A stretch of DNA of 64,000 bases from an uncultured Candidatus Rokubacteria bacterium (GTDB lineage Bacteria; Methylomirabilota; Methylomirabilia; Rokubacteriales; DASRDR01). The stretch is from the NCBI GenBank assembly GCA_963708025.1, contig CAVPSB010000031.1:96001-160000 (forward strand). Direction: 5' to 3'. A program made the translations under genes and the position numbers. The notes under the pieces were generated by a model. That model saw only the letters and a program-made list of their open reading frames with translations. It ran no database searches and was not told the DNA's origin. Shown piece after piece: positions 1-9,988 of this stretch. Within the stretch, counting starts at the first letter, position 1, and every line of letters begins with the position of its first letter.

Positions 1-681
1 GCGCTGCAGAACACGGTCTGGTTCACGATCGGCAGCGTCGCGCTCCACCTGGGCATCGGCATGGCGCTGGCCCTGCTGCTCCACAGCCGGATCGATGCCC
101 GGGTCCGGAACGTCTTTCGCGGGCTTCTCATCGTGCCGTGGCTGTTCGCGCCGACGGTGGCCGGCATGATCTGGGTACTGATCTTCAACCCCTTCGGGGT
201 CCTGAACGGCTTCCTCACGACGCTCGGCCTCCTCCACGACACCGCGACCATCAACTGGCTCGGCGACCCCCGGACCTCCCTGCTGGCCGTCACCAGCGTG
301 AACGTCTGGCGCGCGTTCCCGTTCGCCATGGTGATGCTGCTGGCCGGGCTGCAGGCCATCCCGGACGAGCTGTACGAGGCGGCGGCCATCGACGGCAGCA
401 ACGCCGTCCAGCAGTTCCGCTTCGTCACGCTGCCGTCGCTGCGCGGAGTCATCCTGACGATGGCGCTGCTGGACTTCATCTGGACCTTCCGGGCCTTCGA
501 CCTCGTCTACGTGATGACGGGGGGCGGGCCGGTCAACTCCTCCCAGGTCCTGGCCACGAGCATCTACTTCGACGCGTTCCAGAAGTTCCAGTTCGGCTAC
601 GCCTCGGCCGAGGCGATCGCGATGCTGGTGATCCTGCTGGCGGGCAGCCTGGTCTACGTCCGCCGGGCGGTGCGGGAGTGA
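1..681 (+). CDS. Carbohydrate ABC transporter permease (5' part outside window)
   Basis: Open frame from base 1; EAA motif (ELYEAAAIDGS), hydrophobic helices, FDLVYVMTGGGP. Confidence 0.92.
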   Translation, partial: ALQNTVWFTIGSVALHLGIGMALALLLHSRIDARVRNVFRGLLIVPWLFAPTVAGMIWVLIFNPFGVLNGFLTTLGLLHDTATINWLGDPRTSLLAVTSVNVWRAFPFAMVMLLAGLQAIPDELYEAAAIDGSNAVQQFRFVTLPSLRGVILTMALLDFIWTFRAFDLVYVMTGGGPVNSSQVLATSIYFDAFQKFQFGYASAEAIAMLVILLAGSLVYVRRAVRE

Positions 682-1538
682 CGCGAAGCGGGGTGGCCGG
701 ATCGGGGGGTGGAACCCGGCGTCGCCTGGCCCACGCCGCGGCCTACGGGCTCCTGGGACTGGCCACCCTCGTCACCCTGTTCCCGGTCGCCTGGATGCTG
801 ACGGTGTCGGTCCGCCCGAACGTCGAGGTGATGAAGATCCCGCCCCAGTGGATCCCGTCCGTCCTGACGCTCGAGGCGTACGGCCGGGTGCTCGGGAACC
901 CCCGGTACCTGCGCACCTTCGTGAACAGCTACGTGGTGTCCCTGGCGGTGACCGTGTTCTCGCTCGCGGTGGGCGCGCTGGCCGCCTACGCCCTGGCCCG
1001 GTTCCGGTTCCGCGGCCAGAAGAGCGTGCTCATGTTCCTGATCATCACCCAGATGTTCCCGCTCGTGCTGCTCTGCATCCCGTATTTCCAGGTCATGGTG
1101 CGGCTCGGGCTCTTCGATACCCTGGGGGCCCTGGTCCTCGTCTACACCACGTTCACGCTGCCGTTCTGCATCCTGATGCTCCGCGCCTACTTCGCGGAGG
1201 TCCCCAAGGAGATCGAGGAAGCGGCCATGGTGGACGGCTGCTCCCGGCTGGGGGCGCTGGGGCGGATCCTCCTGCCGGTGTCGGTTCCCGCGCTGGTGGG
1301 CTCGGGGCTGTACACGTTCCTGCTGGCCTGGAACGAGTTCCTGTTCGCGGTCGTGCTGATCGAGTCCTGGGAGAATCGCGTGATCACCATGGCCATCTAC
1401 AGCCTCCTGGCGGAGTTCGTCACCGAGTGGAGCATGATGATGGCCTTCTCGCTCCTGGCCAGCGCGCCGCTAGTGGTCGCGTTCATCTTCCTCCAGCGCT
1501 TCGTGGTTCGCGGGATGACGATGGGAGCGGTCAAGTGA
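678..1538 (+). CDS. Carbohydrate ABC transporter permease (second subunit)
   Basis: GTG overlapping the previous stop (GTGA); EIEEAAMVDG EAA motif, AWNEFLFA. Confidence 0.92.
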   Translation: MTRSGVAGSGGGTRRRLAHAAAYGLLGLATLVTLFPVAWMLTVSVRPNVEVMKIPPQWIPSVLTLEAYGRVLGNPRYLRTFVNSYVVSLAVTVFSLAVGALAAYALARFRFRGQKSVLMFLIITQMFPLVLLCIPYFQVMVRLGLFDTLGALVLVYTTFTLPFCILMLRAYFAEVPKEIEEAAMVDGCSRLGALGRILLPVSVPALVGSGLYTFLLAWNEFLFAVVLIESWENRVITMAIYSLLAEFVTEWSMMMAFSLLASAPLVVAFIFLQRFVVRGMTMGAVK

Positions 1539-2474
1539 GCGTCGCGCCCTGCGACGTGGTCGGCTTCGGGGTCAACACGGTGGACCTGACCGCGCTGATC
1601 GACGGCTACCCGGGGCCCGACACCAAGCAGCCGATGGCGGACTTCGACATCCAGGGCGGCGGGATGACCGCGACGGCGCTCGTCGCCTGCGCGCGCCTGG
1701 GGCTGCGCGCCCGGTACATCGGCAAGGTGGGCGGTGACTTCTGGGCCCGGGTCTCGCTGCGGACGCTCCGGCGCGAGGGGATCGACGTGCGCCACGTCCT
1801 CCGGGCGCGGGAGAGCGCCGGCCACGTCAGCCTGGTCCTGGTCGACCGGCGATCGGGAACCCGGACGCTCTTCTTTCGCCGACCGGCGGCCTACGGGGTC
1901 GCCCCCGAGGAGCTCGACCGGGCGGTCCTCACGTCGGGGCGCCTCTTGCACGTTCAACGGGGTCGACGCGGCGGCGACCGTCCAGGCGATCGGCTGGGCC
2001 CGGGAGGCCGGGATGCGGGTCACGATGGACGGCGAGCGGATCGTCGAGGGCATCGAGCGGGTCTGGCCCCTGGTTGACCTGCTCGTCTGCAACCCGCGGT
2101 TTCTCCAGCTGGTCACGGGAAAGACCGGGGTGGAGGCCGGTCTGGTCGCCCTGGCCAGTCGCGGCCCGGCGCGGGTGGCCGCCACCCTCGGCGCCGACGG
2201 GGCGATCGGGCTGGAGGGCGGCCTCTGGCACCGGGTGCCGGGGTTCCGGGTTCCCGTGCTGGACACGAACGGCGCCGGCGACGTCTTCCACGGGGCGTGC
2301 GCGTTCGGCGAGCTGCGGGGCTGGCCGCTCCCGTGGTGCCTGACCTTCGCCAGCGCCGTCGCCGCCCTGAAGTGTCGCGCGCTCGGAGGCCGGCGGGGGA
2401 TCCCCCGGTTGCCCGAGGTCGCCGGGTTCCTGGCGACCCACGGCCACGCGGAGATCGCCCGCGAGGTTGGCTGA
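1535..2474 (+). CDS. PfkB/ribokinase-family sugar kinase, frameshifted near 1952
   Basis: N-half in ORF 848..2077 (GGGMTATALVACARLG), C-half in ORF 1734..2474 (DTNGAGDVFHG PfkB signature). Confidence 0.85.
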
Positions 2475-2585
2475 GAACCTCGAAGCGGAACGCTCCGGCC
2501 GCGCGGCCGGAGTCAGAGAGTTGCGACAATCCGACAGGCGGCGGTACGGAGGGCCGCTGGCATTGGTTCACAGACCTGAGGGGGA

Positions 2586-3224
2586 GTGCCCGTGATTCGC
2601 GCCGTCATCTTCGACGTCGGGGGGATCCTCGAGCCGCCCTGGAGCGAGGCGCTCCTCGGGGAGCTCCCGCCGTTCGTCGGGATGGCCAGGGAGCGCCTGC
2701 AGGCCCACCTCGCCGAGCATCACGTCGCGCTGACCGAGGGCCGGATGTCCCTCGTCCAGCTCTACCGGCGGATCCTACCGGACACCGCATCGTCGGGGCC
2801 CGAACAGGTCGTCGCCCGCCACCTCGAGATCTACCTGCGGGCGACGGCCCGCCTGGACACCCGCGTCCTGGAGCTGGTGGAAAGCCTCAAGCGGCGCTAC
2901 ATCGTGGCCTGCCTCACGAACACCGAGCCCGAGATCGGGGAGCTCAACCGACGGCGCGGGCTGTACCGGCCGTTCCAGCGGGCCTATCTCTCGACCGAGA
3001 TCGGGCTCTACAAGCCGGGCCGGGCGATCTTCGAGTGGATCCTGCGCGACCTGGGGTGTGCCGGCTCCGAGGTGGTGTTCACCGATGACAGCGAGGCCAA
3101 CGTGGGCGGCGCCAGGGCTGGCGGCCTCCACGCCATCCACTACACGGATTTCGACCAGTTCTCCACCGAGCTGGCGAGGCTTCTCCGCGCGGTCGGGGCG
3201 CCTGTCGAGCGGTCGCCGCGCTGA
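2586..3224 (+). CDS. HAD-superfamily hydrolase/phosphatase
   Basis: IFDVGG motif I, LTN motif II, KP motif III, FTDD motif IV. Confidence 0.88.
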   Translation: MPVIRAVIFDVGGILEPPWSEALLGELPPFVGMARERLQAHLAEHHVALTEGRMSLVQLYRRILPDTASSGPEQVVARHLEIYLRATARLDTRVLELVESLKRRYIVACLTNTEPEIGELNRRRGLYRPFQRAYLSTEIGLYKPGRAIFEWILRDLGCAGSEVVFTDDSEANVGGARAGGLHAIHYTDFDQFSTELARLLRAVGAPVERSPR

Positions 3225-3259
3225 TCGCGCGCAACGGACGAGCTTCGAGCGGGGGTCCG

Positions 3260-3790
3260 ATGGCACTTGGGCGTGCCGCGCTCGTGACCGGGGCCACGCG
3301 GAGCCGCGGGATCGCCGCTGCCATCGCGCAGGCCCTGGCCCGGGACGGATGGGGCGTCGCCACGACCGGCTGGCGCCCGTTCGACGCGACCGAGCCGTGG
3401 GGCAGCCGCGCGGAGGAGGCGGAGGCGCTGATCTCGGTCCTCCGGGGCCTCGGGGTCGCGGCCGGGTACCACGAGGACGACCTGGGCGATCCCGCCGCCC
3501 CGGCGCGCATCCTCGATGCCGCCGAGCGGGTCGTCGGCCCGCTGGCCGCGCTCGTCAACGTCCACACCCACTCGGGCCTCGGCGGCCTCCTCGACACGAC
3601 GCCGGAGGACTTCGACCGGCACATGGCGGTGAACGCGCGGGGCACCCTGCTGCTCTCCGCGGAGTTCGTGCGCCGCTTTCGCGGCGAGCCTCCGACCGAG
3701 GGGTCCGATGGCACTTGGGCGTGCTGCGCTCGTCGCCGGGGCCACGCGGAGCCGCGGGATCGCCGCCGCCATCGCGCGGGCCCAGCTTGA
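3260..3790 (+). pseudogene. Truncated SDR-family oxidoreductase (N-terminal half only)
   Basis: ALVTGATRSRGIA Rossmann start and VNARG; no YxxxK; frame runs into a degenerate copy of its own 5' end at ~3700. Confidence 0.7.
3701..3785 (+). repeat. Degenerate direct repeat of the SDR 5' end (copy of ~3252-3336)
   Basis: gggtccgatggcacttgggcgtg...ggggccacgcggagccgcgggatcgccgc occurs at both places. Confidence 0.85.
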
Positions 3791-3924
3791 TGCCGGCCAT
3801 CGCGCCGGGCTAGGCTGAGGCTGGTCCGGCAGCCGGGAGCGATCGGCCGCCCTCATCGGATCAAGGAGCGCGCGTCCGCCGGGCCGGCGACAACCTGACG
3901 GGCCGAGGACGGGAGAGTCAGGAG

Positions 3925-5367
3925 ATGCCCACACCACGCCGCACCGCCATCCGCGCCGGCTGGATCGTCGCCTTCGACGGCCGGGGCCACCGCCTGTTCC
4001 GGGACGGCGTCGTCGTCATCGAGGGCGACCGCATCCTCGAAGTCGGCCCTCGCTTCGATGGGGTCGCCGACGAGATCGTCGACGCCCGCGACCGTGTCCT
4101 CACCCCCGGGCTCATCTCGACCCACGCCCACATCGGCGGCTCGCCGCTCGACCGCTCCTTCATCGAGGACCGGGGGACCCCGCAGTTCTTCTACTCCGGC
4201 CTCTTCGAGATGCTGCCGGTGCGGAGCGGAGCCCAGGACGAGGAGGCCGGCCGCGCCTGCGTGGACTTCTCGATGGCCGAGCTGCTCCGCGGCGGCGTCA
4301 CCACGGTGATGGAGATCGGCGGCCAGGGTGAGTACGTGGTCGAGCGCGCCGCCCACTACGGGCTCCGCGTCTACCTGGGGCTCGCCTTCCGCTCGGGACG
4401 CTGGCTCACGCGGGACGGCAAGCGCGTGGAGTGGGAGTGGGACGAGGCGGCGGGGCGGAAGGGCCTGGAGCGCGCCGTGGAGTTCCACAAGCGGTACGAC
4501 GGCGCCCACGGGGACCTGGTCCGCTGCTTCTTCTCCCCGGCCCAGATCGACACCTGCACCCCCGAGCTCCTGCGCGAGGCCAAGCGCCGGGCCGACGAGA
4601 CCGGCCGGCCCTACCAGGTCCACACCTCCCAGTCCGTCGTCGAGTTCTACGAGATGCTCGCCCGTCACGGGAAGACGCCGGTGGCGTGGATGCGCGAGCT
4701 GGGCGTGCTCGGCCCCAACACGATCCTGGGCCACGCGCTCATCGTCGGCGGCTCCTCCTGGACCAACTACCCGGCCGGCGACGTGCAGATGATGGGGGAC
4801 GCCGGCTGCTCGGTGGCCCACGCGGTCTGGGTCTTCGCCCGGCGCGGCGTGGCCATGGAGTCGTTCGCCCGCTACAAGGCGGCGGGCGTCAACATGTCCC
4901 TCGGCACCGACACCAACCCCCAGAGCGTGATCGAGGCGATGCGCTGGGCCGCCGTCGTCTCGAAGATGATGGAGCGCAGCACGCAGGCGACCGGCGCCGC
5001 CGACGTCTTCGACGCGGCGACCCTCGGCGGCGCCCGGGCGCTCGGGCGCGACGATCTGGGGCGGATCGCCCCCGGGGCCCGGGCCGACCTGGTCCTGTGG
5101 AAGGCGGCCTCCTGGAACATGACGCCGCTCCGGGACCCCGTGAAGAACATCGTCTACAACGCGACCACCGAGGACGTGGACCGCGTCTACGTCAACGGAC
5201 GCCTGGTCGTGGACCAGGGCCGGGTGCTCGCCGCCGACGAGGCGAAGATCCTGGCCGCCCTCCAGGCCGGCGGCGAGCGGATGTGGCCGCGGATGGCGGA
5301 GTTCGACTGGGCCCGCCGCGGCGCCGACGTGCTCTCGCCGCAGACCTACCCGGAGTGGTCGGGGTGA
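3925..5367 (+). CDS. Amidohydrolase (chlorohydrolase/SAH-deaminase-like)
   Basis: PGLISTHAH metal motif, LGTD, G.IAPGARADLV; GGAG RBS upstream. Confidence 0.9.
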   Translation: MPTPRRTAIRAGWIVAFDGRGHRLFRDGVVVIEGDRILEVGPRFDGVADEIVDARDRVLTPGLISTHAHIGGSPLDRSFIEDRGTPQFFYSGLFEMLPVRSGAQDEEAGRACVDFSMAELLRGGVTTVMEIGGQGEYVVERAAHYGLRVYLGLAFRSGRWLTRDGKRVEWEWDEAAGRKGLERAVEFHKRYDGAHGDLVRCFFSPAQIDTCTPELLREAKRRADETGRPYQVHTSQSVVEFYEMLARHGKTPVAWMRELGVLGPNTILGHALIVGGSSWTNYPAGDVQMMGDAGCSVAHAVWVFARRGVAMESFARYKAAGVNMSLGTDTNPQSVIEAMRWAAVVSKMMERSTQATGAADVFDAATLGGARALGRDDLGRIAPGARADLVLWKAASWNMTPLRDPVKNIVYNATTEDVDRVYVNGRLVVDQGRVLAADEAKILAALQAGGERMWPRMAEFDWARRGADVLSPQTYPEWSG

Positions 5368-5408
5368 CGGGAGACCACGCACTCCGAGGCGGCGGACTTT
5401 GCGAACGC

Positions 5409-5815
5409 TCAGTCCAACTCGGTCGTCTCGGCGGCGGGCTTCAGGTGGAGGCTGGCCTGTCCGGCCAGCTTCTGGGACAGAAGCTTCTGCTTCGGTTTCT
5501 CGGCGGGCCATGCTGTGACGTTCGTGTGACACGGTGGCGATCATCGACCTCTAGTTCGAGTCCCTCGCCAGTCACGTGGGACACCGAAGGGCCTGCATGC
5601 CCATACAGGGTCTTGCCTGCGGCGATCGCGACGAATCGTCATCACCAAGCCCGAATATCGACTCGGAGAGTTCACGCGTAAGGAACACGGACAACTTCAG
5701 ATCGGGCGGCGGCATGAACACCGTGTGGATGACGCGGCCGTGGTCCAACGAAATTGCGAGCGTGGTCAGCAGGAAGCGCGCGAGAGGTCGGCAGGGACAA
5801 CCGGCAGGTATGCGA
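5409..5815 (-). pseudogene. Cryptic frameshifted small protein with ADP-ribosyltransferase/RES-like motif pattern (putative toxin)
   Basis: Manual minus-strand translation across two frameshifts: LARFLL...VFMPPPDLKLSVFLTR...KTLYGHA...GLELEVDD / PPCHTNVTAWPAEKPKQKLLSQKLAGQASLHL, stop at 5409-5411. Confidence 0.45.
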
Positions 5816-5816
5816 C

Positions 5817-6200
5817 TCAGGTTCGTGAGCGTAGAAGCCGATCGATGCTCTTGGTTATCTCGTCCGGGATCTCGTCGAGCAGGTACTCGGTTCCACTGGT
5901 ATCCGCCAGCCCGAAAACCCCGGCATACGTCAGACGCCGCTTCGGGCTGATACTGATGGAAAAGACGTGGCGGGGGCTACGGTACCATTCGAAAGAAATC
6001 TCGCCATCGGGATCTGCGCTGAGATCTGGCGGCGGAATCGTTGTGGGGAGGAGATCGAGAAGGAGCCGTGCGATCTCGTAGGTCTCTGGAGACACGGCCT
6101 TGGCACCATACCCATCCCAATTGTCCTTGCAAGTCTCACCGTACGATCAACGAGGGCCAGCATTGCTTCACGGTCCTGGCCAAGCGTTACGCTCGGCATA
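5817..6200 (-). CDS. Hypothetical protein with NWDGYGA motif (5' truncated or frameshifted), putative partner of the downstream toxin-like gene
   Basis: Frame of ORF 5817..6095 extends upstream as ETCKDNWDGYGAKAVS; contains PDLSADPDGEISFEW; lower GC than flanks. Confidence 0.6.
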
Positions 6201-6235
6201 TCATGGCGAGACCGTGGGGAGAGGAGCACGAACGG

Positions 6236-7327
6236 ATGAAGCGCGCCGAGGTCGTGATCGTCGGCGCCGGATGCGTCGGCGCCAACGTGGCCTACCGGCT
6301 GGCGCGCGAGGGAGCGCGTGTCACCGTCCTCGACGCCGGGCCGCCGGGCGGCGGCACCTCGGCGGCCAGCTTCGCCTGGGTGAACGCCTTCAACAAGACG
6401 CCGCGCGACTACCACGCGCTCAACGCCGACAGCATGGCCGAGTTCCCCCGGCTGGCGGAGGGGCTGAGCGACGGGAGCTGGCTCAAGCTCGACGGCGGCC
6501 TCCACTGGCGGGACACGCCGGAGGCGCGCGCGGCGCTCCGGGAGACCGTGGCCCGGCTCGAGGAGTGGCGCTACCCGATCGAGATCCTCACGCCGGCGGC
6601 CGCCCGGGAGCTGGAGCCCGACCTCCACCTCGGGCCGGCGGTGGACGAGGTGGTCTTCACGCCGCGCGAAGGCTACGTGGAGGTGGTCCCGCTCGTCGCC
6701 GCGCTCCTGGCCGCCGCCCGGCGCGAAGGGGCGCGGGTCCTCGCCGGCCATCGGGTGACCGGTGTCCTGCGGGCGGGCGACCGCATCCGAGGGGTGACGA
6801 CGGAGGACGGCGCTCGCTTCGAAGCGGACGTCGTCGTGGACTCGGCGGGCCCTGCCATGGACGAGGTGGCGCGGCTGGCCGGCGTCGCCGTCCCGCTCGA
6901 TCGCGTGCCGGGCCGGCTCGTCTACACGACGCCCGTCGCCACAACGCTCCGGCGGCCGATCCACGCGCCCGGCGTCCACTTCCGCCCGGACGGCGGCGGC
7001 CGGGTCGTGCTCGCCGCCGACGACCACGACGTGACCTTCGACGCGCGCACCGCCTGGGACCCCGAGCGGTCGCTGGCCCGCGCCGTGACCCACCTGCCGC
7101 CCCTCGCCGGCGCCCGCGTGGAAGCGGTGCGCATCGGTATCCGGCCGATGCCGCGGGACCAGAAGCCGATGGTGGGGCCGGTGCCCGGCCTCGAGGGCTT
7201 CTACGTCGTGGTCTCGCACAGCGGCGTCACGCTCGGGCCGCTCTGGGGCCGGGTCGTGGCGGCCGAGATCCTCGACCGGAGGCTGGATCCTCGTCTCGAT
7301 CCGTATCGCCCTGCCCGGTTCTGCTGA
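6236..7327 (+). CDS. FAD-dependent oxidoreductase (DAO/glycine oxidase family)
   Basis: VVIVGAGCVG, GTSAASFAW, HSGVTLGP; GAGGAG RBS. Confidence 0.9.
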   Translation: MKRAEVVIVGAGCVGANVAYRLAREGARVTVLDAGPPGGGTSAASFAWVNAFNKTPRDYHALNADSMAEFPRLAEGLSDGSWLKLDGGLHWRDTPEARAALRETVARLEEWRYPIEILTPAAARELEPDLHLGPAVDEVVFTPREGYVEVVPLVAALLAAARREGARVLAGHRVTGVLRAGDRIRGVTTEDGARFEADVVVDSAGPAMDEVARLAGVAVPLDRVPGRLVYTTPVATTLRRPIHAPGVHFRPDGGGRVVLAADDHDVTFDARTAWDPERSLARAVTHLPPLAGARVEAVRIGIRPMPRDQKPMVGPVPGLEGFYVVVSHSGVTLGPLWGRVVAAEILDRRLDPRLDPYRPARFC

Positions 7328-7328
7328 C

Positions 7329-7570
7329 TCAGGGGGCGGACGGCCGGCGGTAGGCGAGGACCGAGGGAGGCGGCGCGATCCCGGGTGGGAGCCGGGGATC
7401 GGGGACCGGCGCCGCCGGCGAAAGCGCCAGCGGGATCACCCCGGCCCAGCAGGGGAGTCCGTAGTCCTCCTCGTCGTCGATCGGCGGCCCGGTGCGGATC
7501 TTCGCCGACGCCTCCTCGATCGGCAGGCGCAGGACGGCCGTCGCCTTCAGCTCCTGCTCGGTCGGCCATT
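7329..7570 (-). pseudogene. C-terminal remnant of a pyridoxamine 5'-phosphate oxidase-like flavin-binding protein
   Basis: PTEQELKATAVLRLPIEEASAKIRTGPPIDDEEDY..WAGVIPL resembles the C-terminus of this family; no N-terminal part present. Confidence 0.65.
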
Positions 7571-7675
7571 CGCCAGGAAGGGGTGGGGCCATTCCGGCCG
7601 GCCCCAGAAACGGACGGCCGGGCTCGTCCGTTCTCCGTGTGGAGCCCCCGTCTGGCGCGGAGTCCCCGGCCGGGG

Positions 7676-7704
7676 TTGACCCGGTGGAAGGACCCGATTA
7701 AGTT
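7676..7704 (+). promoter_or_regulatory. Sigma70-like promoter of the radical SAM operon
   Basis: TTGACC-N17-TAAGTT about 40 bp upstream of the ATG. Confidence 0.5.
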
Positions 7705-7745
7705 AGGCGACACGGAGGTGGTCCCCGGTGGTGGAGAGAGCTGGC

Positions 7746-9134
7746 ATGCTGGAACGGATTCGCGACCTGTGGCGAACGCTGGACCTGGCCACGCGCCCGG
7801 TCCACCCGGACCTGGAAGCGGCGCTGGCGCGGCGCTGGGAGGAGCTTCCCGCGCACGTGAAGACACCCGCCCAGGCCCTCGGCCGCCGGACCATGGGCTG
7901 CGAGGGGACGCACGGTGTCTTCCCCCGCTGCAACCTGGCGTGCACACCCTGCTATCACTCCCGCGACGCGAACCGCGTCCGGACCGACGGCGCTCACACG
8001 GTGACCGAGGTCGATCGCCAGATGGCCTACCTCCGGGAGCGGCGCGGCCCCGGCCAGCACGCCCAGCTCATCGGCGGCGAGGTGAGCCTCCTGTCTCCGG
8101 ATGCCCACGCCGGCGCGCTCCAGGCCATGCTCCGCCACGGGCGGAAGCCGATGAGCCTGAGCCACGGCGACTTCGACTACGAGTACCTGGAGCGGCTCGT
8201 GCTCGGGCCCGACGGCCGGCCGCGCCTCTCCCACATCGCGTTCGCGGGGCACTTCGACTCCATGATGTTCGGCCGCCGGGGGATCACGCGGGCTCGCAGC
8301 GAGCGTGAGCTGAACCCGTACCGGCAGCGCTTCTGCGAGATGTTCCAGCGGCTCGAGCGGGAGCACGGGGTCACGCACTACCTCGCCCACAACATCACGG
8401 TGACCCCGCGCAACGTCGACCAGATCGCCGAGATCGTCCGCGACTGCTGGGACATGGGCTTCCGCATGTTCTCGTTCCAGCCGGGCGCCTTCATCGGCAA
8501 CACCTCCCGCTGGAAGGACGACTACCGGGACCTGGCCGGCGACCGCGTGTGGACGGAGATCGAGCGCGGGGCCGGCGCCCGCCTGCCGTTCCGCATCTTC
8601 CAGAACGGCGACGAGCGCTGCAATCGAGTCGCCCACGGCTTGCAGGTCGGGGAGCGCTGGGTGCCGTTCATGGACGACCTGGTGCCGGGCGACGTCAAGG
8701 CCCGCGACCTGCTCTATTCCGCCATCGGCGGCATGGACTTCCAGGTCCCGCGGGCCATCCTTCTCGCGAAGCTCACCCGGGTCGTCGCCCGGGTCCCGCG
8801 GGCCCTCCCGGCCGCGCTGGCCTGGGGCGCCCGGCTCGTCAGGCGCGCCGGCCCGGCCGCCTGGCTCCGGCACGGCGTCCGCCCCCTCACGTTCGTGATG
8901 CACAGCTTCATGAACGCCGAGGACGTCCGTCCGGCCTGGGAGGGGCTCCGGCGTGGCGTGCTGTCGGACGACCCGCGCATCCGGGCCACCCAGGAGCGCC
9001 TCCAGGCGTGCTCCTACACGATGGGCCATCCCGACTCGGACATGCTGGTGCCGGCGTGCGTCCAGCACTCGGTGCTCGATCCGGAGGAGAACCGGGCGCT
9101 GCAGAAGCTGTTGCCCCTCGTCCCGGGGACGTGA
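7746..9134 (+). CDS. Radical SAM domain protein
   Basis: CNLACTPC (CxxxCxxC), LIGGEV, C-terminal ACSY...VPACVQH cysteines. Confidence 0.88.
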   Translation: MLERIRDLWRTLDLATRPVHPDLEAALARRWEELPAHVKTPAQALGRRTMGCEGTHGVFPRCNLACTPCYHSRDANRVRTDGAHTVTEVDRQMAYLRERRGPGQHAQLIGGEVSLLSPDAHAGALQAMLRHGRKPMSLSHGDFDYEYLERLVLGPDGRPRLSHIAFAGHFDSMMFGRRGITRARSERELNPYRQRFCEMFQRLEREHGVTHYLAHNITVTPRNVDQIAEIVRDCWDMGFRMFSFQPGAFIGNTSRWKDDYRDLAGDRVWTEIERGAGARLPFRIFQNGDERCNRVAHGLQVGERWVPFMDDLVPGDVKARDLLYSAIGGMDFQVPRAILLAKLTRVVARVPRALPAALAWGARLVRRAGPAAWLRHGVRPLTFVMHSFMNAEDVRPAWEGLRRGVLSDDPRIRATQERLQACSYTMGHPDSDMLVPACVQHSVLDPEENRALQKLLPLVPGT

Positions 9135-9988
9135 CCGGGCTCGTCGTTGACTCGGACAACGGGCTCGGCTCTCCGCGGGGTGACGTTGACGACGGGCTGG
9201 CCCTGGCCGCCCTCTTTCGCAGCGGGCTCCCGATCGCGGCCCTCGCCAGCGTCTTCGGCAACACGGAGGAGTGGCGGGCGCGCGCGAACCACCGCGCGCT
9301 GGCCGCGCTCTGTGGCTACGCGGGCCCCGTTCTCGCCGGCGCCGCCGGCCCCTTGCGGGCGCGGGCCCCGCTGTCGGAAGCGTCGCGGTTTCTCCTCGCC
9401 GGGCCGGGCCCCTGGCGCGTGGTGGCGCTCGGGCCGCTCACCAACCTGGCGGCGGCGCTCGAGGCCGAGCCCCGGGTCGCGGAACGGATCGCCGAGGTGA
9501 TCGCGGTCGGGGGCAACCGGGTTTCGCGTGGCCGCTGGCCACCCGTCTGGCCGTACGAGTTCAACCTCGCTGTCGACCGCCGGGCGGCGCGGGTCGTCTT
9601 CGAGAGCGGCGTGCCGCTGACCCTGGTGCCACTCGACGTGGCCCGGCGGCTCGTGGTGACGCCGCCGGATCTGGCCGCGCTCCCCGGCGCCCTGGGCGAG
9701 CACGTCCGCCGCCACGCGGCGCGCTGGTTCCGGCGAGCCCTCGTCGTCCGGGCCCGCCGCGCCTTCCCGGTCTGGGACCTGGTCGCGGCGCTCTTCGTCG
9801 TGGACCCGGCGTCGTGCGGCACCGAGTCCACCGTGGCCCGGCTCCATCGGAATGGCTGGCTCGAGTTCGGCGCCGGGAGCCGCCCGGTCACGCTCGTCCG
9901 TCCGTTCGACCCACGCGCGCTCTGGCAACGCTTCGTCTCGCTCGCCACGGCCGAGCCTCGACCCGCTCCCCAGCCGACCCCGGCGTGA
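9131..9988 (+). CDS. Nucleoside hydrolase (IU-NH family)
   Basis: DSDNG...DVDDGLAL Asp-rich motif, SVFGN, ALGPLTNLA, EFN, WD; GTGA coupling to the rSAM gene. Confidence 0.85.
   Translation: MTGLVVDSDNGLGSPRGDVDDGLALAALFRSGLPIAALASVFGNTEEWRARANHRALAALCGYAGPVLAGAAGPLRARAPLSEASRFLLAGPGPWRVVALGPLTNLAAALEAEPRVAERIAEVIAVGGNRVSRGRWPPVWPYEFNLAVDRRAARVVFESGVPLTLVPLDVARRLVVTPPDLAALPGALGEHVRRHAARWFRRALVVRARRAFPVWDLVAALFVVDPASCGTESTVARLHRNGWLEFGAGSRPVTLVRPFDPRALWQRFVSLATAEPRPAPQPTPA

Noticed and set aside
7570-7675. Riboswitch upstream of the rSAM operon
   Set aside because: Hairpins exist but lie upstream of the putative promoter and match no aptamer consensus I recognise
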